From the human T2T-CHM13v2.0 reference genome, Homo sapiens, in the NCBI RefSeq assembly GCF_009914755.1, contig NC_060947.1: a stretch of DNA of 64,000 nt; one strand, 5' to 3'. Positions 19,797 through 32,389 of the stretch are shown here, in pieces. The position numbers and the translations under genes were made by a program. How positions within the stretch are numbered: the first letter of the stretch is position 1; each line of letters begins with the position of its first letter. A model generated the notes under the pieces. The model saw nothing but the letters and a program-made list of their open reading frames with translations. It was not told the origin of the DNA and ran no database searches.

Positions 19797-20285
19797 CTCA
19801 TTCTCCTAAAAAGACACATGCACACGTATGTTTATTGCAGCACTACTCGCAACAGCAAAGACTTGGAAGCAACCCAAATGTCCATCAGTGATAGACTGGA
19901 TAAAGAAAATGTGGCACATATACACCATGGAACACTATGCAGCCATAAAAAGGATGAATTAATGTCCTTTGCAGGGACATGGATGAAACTGGAAACCATC
20001 ATTCTCAGCAAACTAACACAAGAACAGAAAATCAAACGCCACATGTTCTCACTCATAGGTGGGAGGTGAACGATGAGAACACAGGGGCACAGGCACAGGC
20101 AGGGAAACATCGTGCACCAGGGCCTGTCGGGGGTGGGGGGCTAGGGGAGGGATAACATTAGGAGAAAGAGCTAATGTAGATGACGGGTTGATGGGTGTAG
20201 CAAACCACCATGGCACGTGTATACCTATGTAACAAACCTGCAAGTTCTGCACATGTATCCCAGAACTTAAAGTATAATAATAAAA
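19797..20285 (+). mobile_element. 5'-truncated L1PA7-like element
   Basis: L1 ORF2 end and 3'UTR. TSD aagattttgatttttt at 19781-19796 and 20286-20301. Confidence 0.95.
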
Positions 20286-20759
20286 AAGATTTTGATTTTT
20301 TTCTTATCAATTAGGTAAGTTTTTGTTGCTTATTATTCATAGACACTTACTTAGCTAGAAAACAATTCTGCTACTCTCTGATCCTCATCTTTGTACATTT
20401 GTAAGTAGTGGCGTTCCTTTGTAAGGTAATGTAGATGGGCAAAATAGTTCACATAATTTGTCTTACTGAAATAAACTTTATACAGAGAAGTACAAAAGAG
20501 TTAACACAAATTTAGGAGGTATACAATGTTAAGTGTACATCAGTTAACCGAACAAATATTTATTGAAGCACTTAATAGATATTATTCTAGGGTTGGGAAT
20601 ATGATGAATAAGGTTGTAGTTTCCAATTGTTTAACAATTTGAAAATTACTCATAAGGAATAGTAGATATATAAATAAATTTCAGCAGTGTAATATATAAT
20701 TGAATAGAGGTGAACACAGAGTTCTTTGGAAATAAAACTGGATAAAAGTATTTATAGAG

Positions 20760-21670
20760 CTAAGCAATGAAAAAATTCTAATGGCCTCAGCTGTGAAATA
20801 AAAATAATACAAAATGAATAAGGCAGACAACTCAATAGAAAATTGGGCAGACGACTTGAACTAACCACAAAAGAGGATATTCCAAATTGCCAACAAATAG
20901 ATGGAAAGGTGCTTAACTTCACTAGTCATGAAGGAAATGCAAATTTAAGCCACAACATGATTCAACTATTTACCCCCTCCCCTCTAGAATGGCTAAAATC
21001 AAAAAGCATTTAGACAAGCAGAACTCTCATAGACTGCTGGAGGGAGTATACATTTGTATGGCCACCTTGGAAAACTATTTAACAGTATCTTCTAAAGCTG
21101 AATATACTTGTATCCAATGACCCAGCAATCCACTCCTAGGTATTAAGTTGTCATCTTAGTAGGTAAACAATGGTTGAATATTGGCAATTTTATATTGCTT
21201 AACCTAACGTATACCCAGCAGAAATGCACACCTATGTTCACCAAAAGATGTGGAAGAATTTCATAGAAGCACTATAAGAGTCCCAAAATAGAAAGTATCC
21301 AAATGCCCATCAACAACAGAGAAGGTAAATAATCGAATACTGATCTACAATAACAAGAACAAACAAACTGCAACTACATGCAACAAGATGAGTGTTTCTC
21401 ACAAACATAAGTTGGATGAAAAAAGCCAAACACAAGAGAGAACATACTTCATGATTCTACTTACATAAAATATAAAAATATGCAAAACGAATCTGTTAGA
21501 AGTCAGAGGAGTGGTTACTCCTTGGGGGTTAGGAACTGGAAGGGTTCACAAGGTGGGGCTTTTGAAGTTCTGGTAATGTTGGGTTTCTTGATCTGGATGC
21601 TTTTTACATTAATGATTTGTGCACTTTTGTATATGTATGTGTATTGCATCAAAAAGTTTTAAAAAAATAA
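20760..21670 (+). mobile_element. Old L1M 3' fragment
   Basis: Diverged ORF2 C-terminus (gacccagcaatccactcctagg) and L1M-type 3'UTR. Confidence 0.8.
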
Positions 21671-21869
21671 CATTAAAATAAATATAAGAAAGTCCAAGTA
21701 AGTCCTCATTTTTTCCCCACAACAATCACTTTGATGCTTTTCTAGGGAAATACTGAATATCAAATTCTTTTAAAAAGCTTTTCTCCCCTCATTTTTGGAG
21801 CCCTTTTTTTGCTGGCAATGGTAGGTAATCCTGTACTTGTTGTAGGAACACAGGTAAGAGACTAAACTG

Positions 21870-22470
21870 GGTGTGGGGTCCTGGCTGGGAAGCTTTCCTG
21901 GAAGAGATGAAGCTGGACCTGAGTTTTGTAGCATCCATCAGAGACAGCCAGGGAAGCAAGTGGATGGCAGACAGTTCCAGGGAGAGAGGCCAGGCTACTC
22001 GAAAGCGAAAAGGTATGGTAGGGAAAGAAAGAGAACCCACTGAGAGGGAGTGGACAGAGCTTGCTGGAGCTAGAGCTTGAAGAGTAGCTGAGGAGGGGTT
22101 AATGATTGATAAGCAAGAGAGTTTGGCAAAGGTCAGACAGAGAAAGATCTTAAAGGGTCATGATACTGAGCTTGGACTTAATCTTGTAGGCATCTGGGAA
22201 CCACTGACCAATTTAAATCAAACAGGTGACACAATTAAGTTTCTACTTAATAAAGAGTAAGATGGTGATGGTGTGAGAAATACTTGAAGAGGGTTAAGAA
22301 GACTGGAGCCTGGGGGACCAGTTAGGAGGCCATTGCAGTAATCCATGGGAGATACGGCAGGCTGGTGGTATGGGATGGAGAAGTAGGGATAGACATGAGA
22401 GCTATTGAGGAGACAGTTGTTCTGACAGGACTCAGTAATTGATGGGTTTGAAATTGACATGTAGGCATGG
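21870..22470 (-). mobile_element. L2 fragment
   Basis: gggaaccactg...ggggaccagttaggaggccattgcagtaatcca is typical of reverse L2. Confidence 0.7.
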
Positions 22471-25400
22471 TACTTTTTTTTCTAGTAAAAAAAAATTGGT
22501 AGAACCTTAATTATGATAAATGATAAAACACATGTGCCTTTGTCCTTATTCCCCCCTTTAACACCTTTTTACAGGTGTATACATCAAAGGATGTTGCCAT
22601 GACGAACGAGAGAACGCTTACCAATGATTTCCCATTGCTGCTTGGAATGAAAACCCAATGACACATTTCAAAATTTTGCAGTGGTAAATCATGTAGGTCA
22701 TCTTATTGCACTACCATGCAAACTTCTTGATTTTGCCAAATCAGTCAGTTGAGAGGAAAAAGGAAAAAAGTGTTACCTATATATACTGTCATATACTATT
22801 GTAAACAAAAAACAATCCGTATATAGGTTTATATGATTATACAGTACAAAACTATGTACACACATGAACAAACATACATATATGTATATACACACTAGAA
22901 GCTTAAACAGCTATGTGACACTTGAGATTTTTATATACAGACTTTACCAGGGTATACAAAAAATAACATAAATTTTTACTTAATTTTCCCTGTCTTTTTA
23001 ATGGTTCCATTTGGGTGGGGGAGGATCCAGAGGATTTTTTCCTCACTTTAATTACCTCATTGCATTTCCTTCTTTTCGATTTTGGTTTTTATAAGCGGGA
23101 ACACTGTGTTAATCCATTCTAATTAAAACCCAGCCATGCAACCCTTCAGTTAAATAAACAATTTTTGAGTCTGCCTAGGATATCATTTAGTCAGAAATTG
23201 TCTCTATGGCTTTGGAAATGATCACCACTACAGTGCTCTGGTAGCCACAGGGGCAATGTCTTCACAGGCTGATTTTCTAAAAATACCAGGAATTGGCCAA
23301 GAGCCCTTGTTCTGGGGAAGGGTTCAGAGTTCTTCCACAGGGGCCTAACAGAGTGCAGAAATGTATATTCCTATAGAAAAAGAAGAGGGTAGGAGTTATG
23401 GAAGGGGCAAAAGAAATGACCCAAGTGCACCTCCTGCTTGTCCACAGAACACCTCTTTGCCTTCCGGCTGCTGGAGGAGCTATGCTATTCTTAGCCATCT
23501 CCCGTGAAGGCAATTACACAAACCCCCTCTGAAACCCATTTCCACATTTGTTCAAGAAATTCTTTTATCTTATGTAAATCCCCCATGCTGTAACTAAGCC
23601 CTTGGTCTGCCCTTGGCCAGATGGGAGGGCAGCCAGGCTTCCTCTCTCCAGCAGAGCCCTTTCTGTACCCAAAGATGATTATCTTATCATCGTGCCATCC
23701 TCCCTCCCATTCTCCAGACTGAAAATTTTCATCTTTAGCTTTTTCCTTTCCTTCTCCTTCTTATCATTTCTATGATCCCCTTTAACTGTTGCCAAACACT
23801 TTTCAGAACTGAACCTAGTACTATGCAAAAAGTCTATCTGATCTTGTTCTCCAACTGATGGGGACAAGGCAGGTTAAAAAAATGTCTGAGAAAGCAACAG
23901 GGAGAGTAGAGGTAGGTGCTGCTTGCGCACAGCTGTGGAATAAAGCTGATTACAACTGAGTCCAAAACCAAGGCCCCAATCCAAGGCCGCGTCGTAAAAA
24001 AAAAAAAAAAAAAAAAAAGAGAGAAAAGTAAAAAGAAAGCCAAGCCCGAAGTCCTTGCTGGTTCAAAGGCCCAGGGAGAATCCAGAGGAATTGTTCTGTA
24101 AGGGGAGCAGGCCTGGATGTGGGCTGAGTAGTGAGTGGACAGCTGCAGCCTTCTTTGAAGCAAATCTAGATCTTACAGTCCTGGGCTGGGAAGGGGCAGG
24201 CATCTCACAAACAGCTGAAGAACCGACCAGCAGTAAGTTCAGGAGACTGTTCGGATTACCTTGTGAGACTAAGTCAAAACTCCTCCATGTCACTAAACAT
24301 GTGCCTCAGACCTTCTAGTGGACCAGGACCAAACTTAAGAGGGTGTAGAGCAAGCAGATGGGCCCCAACCCAAATGGTCCCTCCCTAGTTGGACCATGTG
24401 ATAGTCTCTTGGGCTTGAAAACTTCAGTCCTCTCTTTCCCTCCTCTCCATTGCCTTAATCACCAAACTGTGACTCTTCAATGTTTCTCATGCTCATTCCT
24501 TTTTGCTTCTATTTTCCCCAGTCAAACCTGAACAATCTCGGTCCTGAACAGTAAATTGCTTCCTAATAGGACTTTCGATTCCTATTCCTGTTTGCCAATC
24601 TATGCCACATTCTGCTGTCTTTCTTTTATACTTTTACTTGAGGATTTTGAATTACCTATAGGGATAAGTTTATATTGCTCCTTAGTGCATCCAGACCCTC
24701 CAACATTTGGCCCTAAACTAGCTTTCCCGACCATATCTCCCATTGCTTCTTTATGAGTCCTCTATTGAGTCAAGCATATTGCCCTTTCTATGCCTGTCTT
24801 TGTCCATGTTGTTCCCTGACTTGGAAGGCGAGTGGCTCTGCTCTGTGTGCATGTAAATCCTATCTTGAAAGATGAAGATCTGATTTTAGTTTATCCAAGA
24901 TCATCTTGACCAAAATTTCTTTATGTCCCCAGATTTCTTACAGCACTTTCTGTCAGTTTCCCTCATCTAATCTTATACTATACCGGGCTGTTAGTTGGCT
25001 TTAATATGTGTCTGTTGTCTTCCCTGGCTAGTGTCTTAAATACTTTGATGGCAAAGGTGGACTTTTGGAGTTAAGGAAATCATTCCAAAGAGCTTAGCAT
25101 TGTTCTGGAGGTACTGAGTTTGCTGTGGCTTCAGCGTAGTTCACAATGCTACAGTGCGGTGATTCTCAATATTCTTCAAGATGAAGATCTCTTTGTTCCC
25201 TTTCCATTGTCAATAAACGAGTGTGTTGTGGTTCACTGATTAACATTTTTAAAAGTACCTTAATGATGAGATGCTTTCATGAATTTGCTAATGCTTTACA
25301 ATGAAGTTTTATTTAGGTATAGCATCACCACCATGTACTCGAAAATTAGTAGTGCTGTAACTGTATTTAAGATGTCTTTATTTATTTGGTCTAATACTTA

Positions 25401-26033
25401 GCCAGCATGTGGCTTTGCTCACCCTTACAATGATGTTGGCTCTTTATGTGTCCTGCTGCCCCACTATTTGGGCATATTATTATTATTATTACCTCACAGG
25501 GCTGTTGTGAGGGTTAAATGAGATATATATTAGGTACATGGCACAGTGCTTGGCTGAAAGTGATTTTGATCTTTCTTTCCCTTCCTCATGCCACCATCAG
25601 CTAATTTAGAAGATGGGAATGTTCTGGGACCTCTGGGACAGAGCTTAGGGCAGTGGATGTGGGAAGGCATGGTGCTGTCTCTGGAAGAGAAGGGCATTAA
25701 AGATCACCTAGAGCAGCAGTTCTCAAACGTTTTACTTGCAGGACTCCTCTACCCTACCCTCTTAAATATTATTGAGGACCCCAAAGAGCTTTTGTTTATG
25801 TGGAGTATGTCTATCAAGAAACTTTAAAAAATATGTTTAAATTTAAAAGTAACAATAACAAACCCATTATACATTAATGTATATAACACATTTTTATGAA
25901 AAATAACTATATCTTTCAAAACATTAGTGAGAAGAGTGGGATTGTTTTAAATTTTTGCAAATCTCCTTAATGTCTGGTTTAATAGAAGACAGCTGATTCT
26001 TGATTCTGTTTCTGCATTCAATCTCCTTTAACA

Positions 26034-26386
26034 CAGATGGACCCCAACTTAAAATGGTACAACTTAGGATTTTTGATTTTACAACGGTGTGAAAGCGATA
26101 CATATTCACTAGAAACCATACTTCAAGGGCCCATACAACCATTCTGTTTTTCACTTTCAGTACAGTAAAGTCCATGAGATATTCAACCCTTTATAATAAA
26201 ATACACTTTGTATTAGATGATTTCGCCCAACTGTAAGCTAATGTAAGTGTTCTGAACATGTTTAAGGTGGGCTAAGCTATGACGTCCAGTAGGTTAGGTG
26301 TAGTAAATGCATTTTTGACTTATGATATTTTCAACTTATGATAGGTTTATCAGGACATAACCCCATCGTAAGTCAAGGAGCATCTG
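26034..26386. mobile_element. Tigger3a/MER7-type MITE nested in Charlie1
   Basis: TIR pair CAGATGGACCCCAACTTA...TAAGTCAAGGAGCATCTG followed by TA. Confidence 0.85.
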
Positions 26387-26547
26387 TATTTGGTTTTGGT
26401 GAAATATAGGAAGAAAATATAGGTTCATACAGATATATTGTTGAAAAAGGGAAAGGGCATAAGAGTATTTGAATAGGTTTTCAGATAATTGTGGATATTC
26501 TTCTTTGAAATGAAACCAAAACTCAACAAGTGGTAGTTTAAGAAATG

Positions 26548-26720
26548 TTTTCAATTGTAACTTGATAAATTATAGTTGTATATATTTATGGGGTACAATG
26601 TGATGTCATGATTTATGAATAAAATGGGGAATAATGAAGTCAAAATAATTAACAGTTTCTGTAGTGAGAACACTTGAAATTTACTCAGCGATATTAAAAG
26701 GTGCAATACACTATTAACAG
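26548..26720 (-). mobile_element. L1MA 3'-end fragment nested in Charlie1
   Basis: ttgtatatatttatggggtacaatgtgatg...gtgagaacacttgaaatttactc. Confidence 0.75.
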
Positions 26721-27217
26721 TTAAAGATTACTTGCAATGCAGAATCTAAAACATATCAATGAAGTTTTCATGCTCTGTTACAACAAAATCCATTGCTATC
26801 TTTATTTCAATGTGTCTTTTAATCATTTATGATTTTGTAACACCAAACCTTGGGCACTTGGAAAATATTGAGTGCACCAAATTATGCAGATCTTCCAAAT
26901 ATAAGCACATTTCATTATACAATTTTAAAACATTGTCTTGATTATTAATCACCACTGATCTTATCAGATAAGTTTTTAGTGCTGGGAAGCTGTTAGGCTC
27001 ACGGTGGCAAATACAAGATTTTCCAAATTCCAATTTTCATTCAAAAGCTTGAATGTTATCATTGGCAATAAATACTGCCAGTTATTTTCTTTGAAGTTAC
27101 TGGCCAATTTAGTTCATTTTTTTGAGAAAGTATCTGCCAAATACCCAATTTCGAATAACCACAGTCTGTCAGTTGTTCTTCCAAATAAAAATAGTGTTCC
27201 TCAAAAAAAAGCAGATA

Positions 27218-27535
<318 letters not shown>

Positions 27536-29393
27536 TCACCTTCCAACTCAAATGATGGCATTAGTGCTTTTCCTTGAGACAGCCATTGTACTTCAGTGTG
27601 CAGCGAAAGTGCTTTATGTGTACTTTCCATTTTGTCACACAAGATATGAAAAAGATCTATACTCATGAGTTGACATTTAATAACAATAATTGTTAGCACT
27701 TCACCAAGGACATTTTAAAATGAAACTGACATTTTCTTTTTACTATGTAGCAGTAAGAAAATACACCGACTACTAGTATAGTTTGGTCCCATTACCTTGA
27801 TTCATGCTAAGGTGCCAGCAGTTTTACCCATCATTGCTTTTGCACCATCGTCACAAATGTCAAATGGTGAAAAAGGCAAATAACATCTTTCTATTATTAT
27901 GGAAATAGTTTTGACCTCAATGACCCTCAGAAAAGTCCCTGAGAATCCCCAAGGGTCTGTGGACCATGTTTTGAGGACCACTGCTCTTAAACTTTTGCAA
28001 AGGGCCAGCCCTCCCAGGACGCAGAATGTAGCTACTCCCACATTTGGGAGGAGAGGTGAGGTCTCCTTCAAACAGGGCAATTTGCCTTCCTTTTTGGAAC
28101 CCGAGATGGACTTTTTATTTCCTTGCAGAACTGAAGGCATCTGGCTTGGGAGCACGATTATTCTCCACTCACCTTTAAACTGCCTCAGCTATTACTAAGT
28201 CTCTGGCAGTGATATGTTGATTATGTGAATTTAAAGCCCACAGGAGCCAGAGGAATGACAGATCAGTTTCTCTTAAATGAGAAATAAAATCCAGGAGCCT
28301 GGCAGCGGGACATACGGCTCTCACTCCTGCTGACCTTTGATGTCACTCGGGTAGAATGACTGCTTCTAGGCCAGATGGCATGTAGCTTAAACGGAGATGT
28401 CTCAACCTGTTTCCTTGTATTAATTGTGCACATTGATACTCCTCCATTGTGTAGTCCATAATTCTTCATCGTCAACCTCATTTGGATTTTTTTTTGAGGG
28501 GAAGCTGAGCTCAAGCAGGCCTCCACGAATTCAAGCTATTTCAAAAGCTCCAAACCCAAACCTTTTTCTATCCAATCACTGTTATAGGCTGACAGACACT
28601 GAATCTCCCTTCTGTCAATTGAATGTAAGTCTAGCAACTTTTAAGAGCAATGAGATTGAAGGAAAGGGCCTTCTTTCACCTCTTTGCCCTAAAGGAGGTG
28701 GCTGAATGGAAGCCCATTTAATTTTTTGTTTAAAGGTACTAAATAAGGATCAATTTGTAAAGACGGCTCTCTGAGTGTAGCAAGATAGTTTCTTAAATCT
28801 GATAGGGATAAATGGGAGGTCAATATCCTTTTTCTTATCAACAATTTCACCAAATAATATTTACTAAGAACTTTCACATCGGGTTTCTCAGCTATAAACA
28901 AGCAAACACTCCAAGCAGAGATATTGGAAGTGCTGAACCAGGACAGTTGCTGGGTATGGAGCTAGAAGCTAACATCGCTTGTCTATGGAAAAGCATGCTT
29001 TCATTACTCAAAAGCTGAACTTTTAATTTATTTCTAAATCAATTTGAAGCAGACCCAATGAGCGAGAAATGCAAATGTAGTCAACTGGGAAAAGAAGCTG
29101 ACTTTTTTCACTCAGGGTCATGGGTAAGGATAGAATTCTGCCACGTGAAAAATGTCTCAGTTTTGACAAAAAAAAATTAACACTGCTTCAAGGAAAGAGA
29201 AAATAAGTTATGGACGTTATATCTGACAGATTTTTCCCTTTGTATTCATGGCATTTGAATTATATGCACATCACTAAAAAAATATTGAACCCTCATAAAG
29301 AGCCTGGCAAGTGAGTAACTGTAATTTTAAAACAGGAACATTCGCATATGTTTTAAAGCTGTTTTAGTTTTTGCTCAGAATTCTGGTTCACTA

Positions 29394-29785
<392 letters not shown>

Positions 29786-30374
29786 CTAAGCCAACAGAAA
29801 TTCAAATGATCTAAAACTTAAATCAACATATAATGGTTTGAGAGAAAAACATGCATTGGCCTTAGTGTTTAGGTAGGTTAGGTATGTTTGGAGACTCCAT
29901 GAGAGGAGCCCATAAGGAATTTGTTTGCACGAGGGATGAAGTTGCTTCCTGTGAATGAACGAACCCTAAGACAGAGTAGCATTGATGGGATATTGAGAAG
30001 GTCAAGAACTAGGGGACAGTATCAGAGGCAAGGGGCACTGTTCATTTAAATTTAAACTAGCCACCATGAGCTTATAACCCGAGTCCTTGGTAGAGGAGCA
30101 ATAACTAAGAGCAAGCGAAGGAATGATTTCAGAATAATCTCTTTAAGACACTGGGGAGAATAAACCTGAAATGTTTTGTAGGCCATGTAATAGAGTGAAA
30201 TGAAAGGGAGCACAGAAGTCCATTTACCTTCTTGGACTCAGTGGCCCCTTCAGTGAGTATTGTGTCTTTGCTGGGGCAATTGTGACTTTGCATATTGATG
30301 GACACTGGTGCCTTTGGTGGTTATTGGGGCATTGTTGCGTTTTCACCATTAGTGAAGTCAAGAGTCAACAACTT

Positions 30375-30555
30375 GGCCAGGCGCGGTGGCTCACGCCTGT
30401 AATCTCACCACTTTGGAAGGCCGAGGTGGGTGGATCACCTGAAGTCAGGAGTTTGAGACCAGCCCGGCCAACGTGGTGAAACCCCGTCTCTACTAAAAAT
30501 ACAAAAATTAGCCAGGTGTGGTGGCACATGCCTATAGTCCCATCTACTTGGAAGG

Positions 30556-30582
<27 letters not shown>
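30375..30582 (+). mobile_element. AluS lacking the 3' part of the right arm but with a long poly(A)
   Basis: Alu sequence stops at ...ctacttggaagg, then A29. TSD aagagtcaacaac at 30360-30372 and 30583-30595. Confidence 0.93.
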
Positions 30583-30587
<5 letters not shown>

Positions 30588-30714
30588 TCAACAACCCAAC
30601 AAGCCAGAGCCAGGGAAAAGGAAAATGATCACTGCTATGTGGTAACTGAGTACTGAAACCAACATAATTCTCTGTCGCTGTGTAAAACAATAACAGACGT
30701 GGGAATAGTTTTCT

Positions 30715-31129
30715 GTTCCCATATTAATCCATGTTGAGAATAAGCAAACTTAGCTACTTGCTCCAGGAAATACTTTTTCCTGAAAATTAAAATTGTAAAC
30801 CAACTAAAAGAGTTTACTTAACAAGAATACCACCTTCCCCATCAAAACTTGCTTCAATATTCTCCTCCTGCTATGCCCACCAATCTACAGCTATTACGTC
30901 ACAAAATCTACCCAATCCCAATTAGAGGCCTGCCTTGCAAGACCCGCCCTGAAACCACCCAACTTAGTCCCTAATAACCTATCCTGTCATTTCCCCTCTG
31001 AGACACTGCCTAGACACCATTAAGGCAGAGTTCTCTCATACTGCAGTAAGTCTCATAAGATACTTCACTTTGATGGATCAGTGATGTTTTTCTAGTATTT
31101 TAGGGGAGGGCACGGAGTAGGGGTTGACA
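30715..31129 (+). mobile_element. Old ERV LTR-like fragment, family uncertain
   Basis: LTR-like composition (ccaatc boxes, ctgagacactg, ends gttgaca). Identified by eye only. Confidence 0.4.
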
Positions 31130-31285
31130 GCCAACGAAGCTAAAAGGGTGAATGTCTGCACATTCAGGAGAATAGAGGTGCCACAATTATGGGTGGAGTG
31201 GAGGCAGAAAAATATGGTGTGTTGCTGTTTTTACGATCCAGTTTGTACTTAGAGGCAAGGTAAGATGTGAGGAAATGTGGGCTAA

Positions 31286-31673
<388 letters not shown>

Positions 31674-32243
31674 ACTATTCACTGCCTTTTACATGATTTT
31701 TCCTTGACGAGATAAATGTAATGCTCCCTTCTTCCAGACAAAGGTGATTTTAAACTTACTGTATCGTGAAATCACAAAATCTTAAAAGGTATGTGTATTT
31801 TGTGTGTATGTATATATACATGCACACACACAGACATATCATCCTATCTTATTCCAATGAGTGATTTAAGGTAGTTCACAAAAATGCAATAGGATAAAAA
31901 TAAGTCAGTCCTAGAAGGCAAAGCTCTGCAGGGCCTGCTGGGAATTTATTCCCCACGCCCATCAGTTTCTGTTTCCATGAAGACCCCTTTCTCTTTGAGT
32001 ACTGAAGAGCAGCATCAGCAACCTCAACACTGAAGCTTTTTCTTTCTCTGCCCAAATTCCCTCACTAGAGTGGTGGGACAGGGTAGGTGAGGAGAGAAGG
32101 AAGCCCTTAAACGTCAAAGCAGTGGAGGGTTGGGGAGGCATCGGATCGCACTTTCGCCTCCTAGGCTGGGGAAGATGGTGCACATGCGTTGTAATGCGCA
32201 CGTGTTACTGGCACATGACTCCCGGTCCCTTGTGAGCCGAAAC

Positions 32244-32389
32244 TTGGATCCTAATGACGTTGATAATGGGTTACTAGGCACTCATAGTTCTGGATCGTTG
32301 GGTGGCCTTCACGTTAGCAGAAGAATTCCTTTAAACGTCATTTTTGAGGAAGTAGACAAACCTAAATATGTGTCTGAACTCCAAGGAAT
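32244..32389 (+). pseudogene. Relic of the CBLL1/Hakai N-terminal coding sequence, now upstream of and out of frame with CBLL2
   Basis: Translates LDPNDVDNGLLGTHSSGSLGGLHVSRRIPLNVIFEEVDKPK, versus Hakai MDHTDNELQGTNSSGSLGGLDVRRRIPIKLISKQANKAK (from memory). TTG sits in place of the ATG, and the frame differs from the main ORF. Confidence 0.85.

Noticed and set aside
23916-24101. Lys-rich ORF resembling an NLS or histone-like peptide
   Set aside because: Produced by a poly(A) run at ~23996-24018; no coding evidence.
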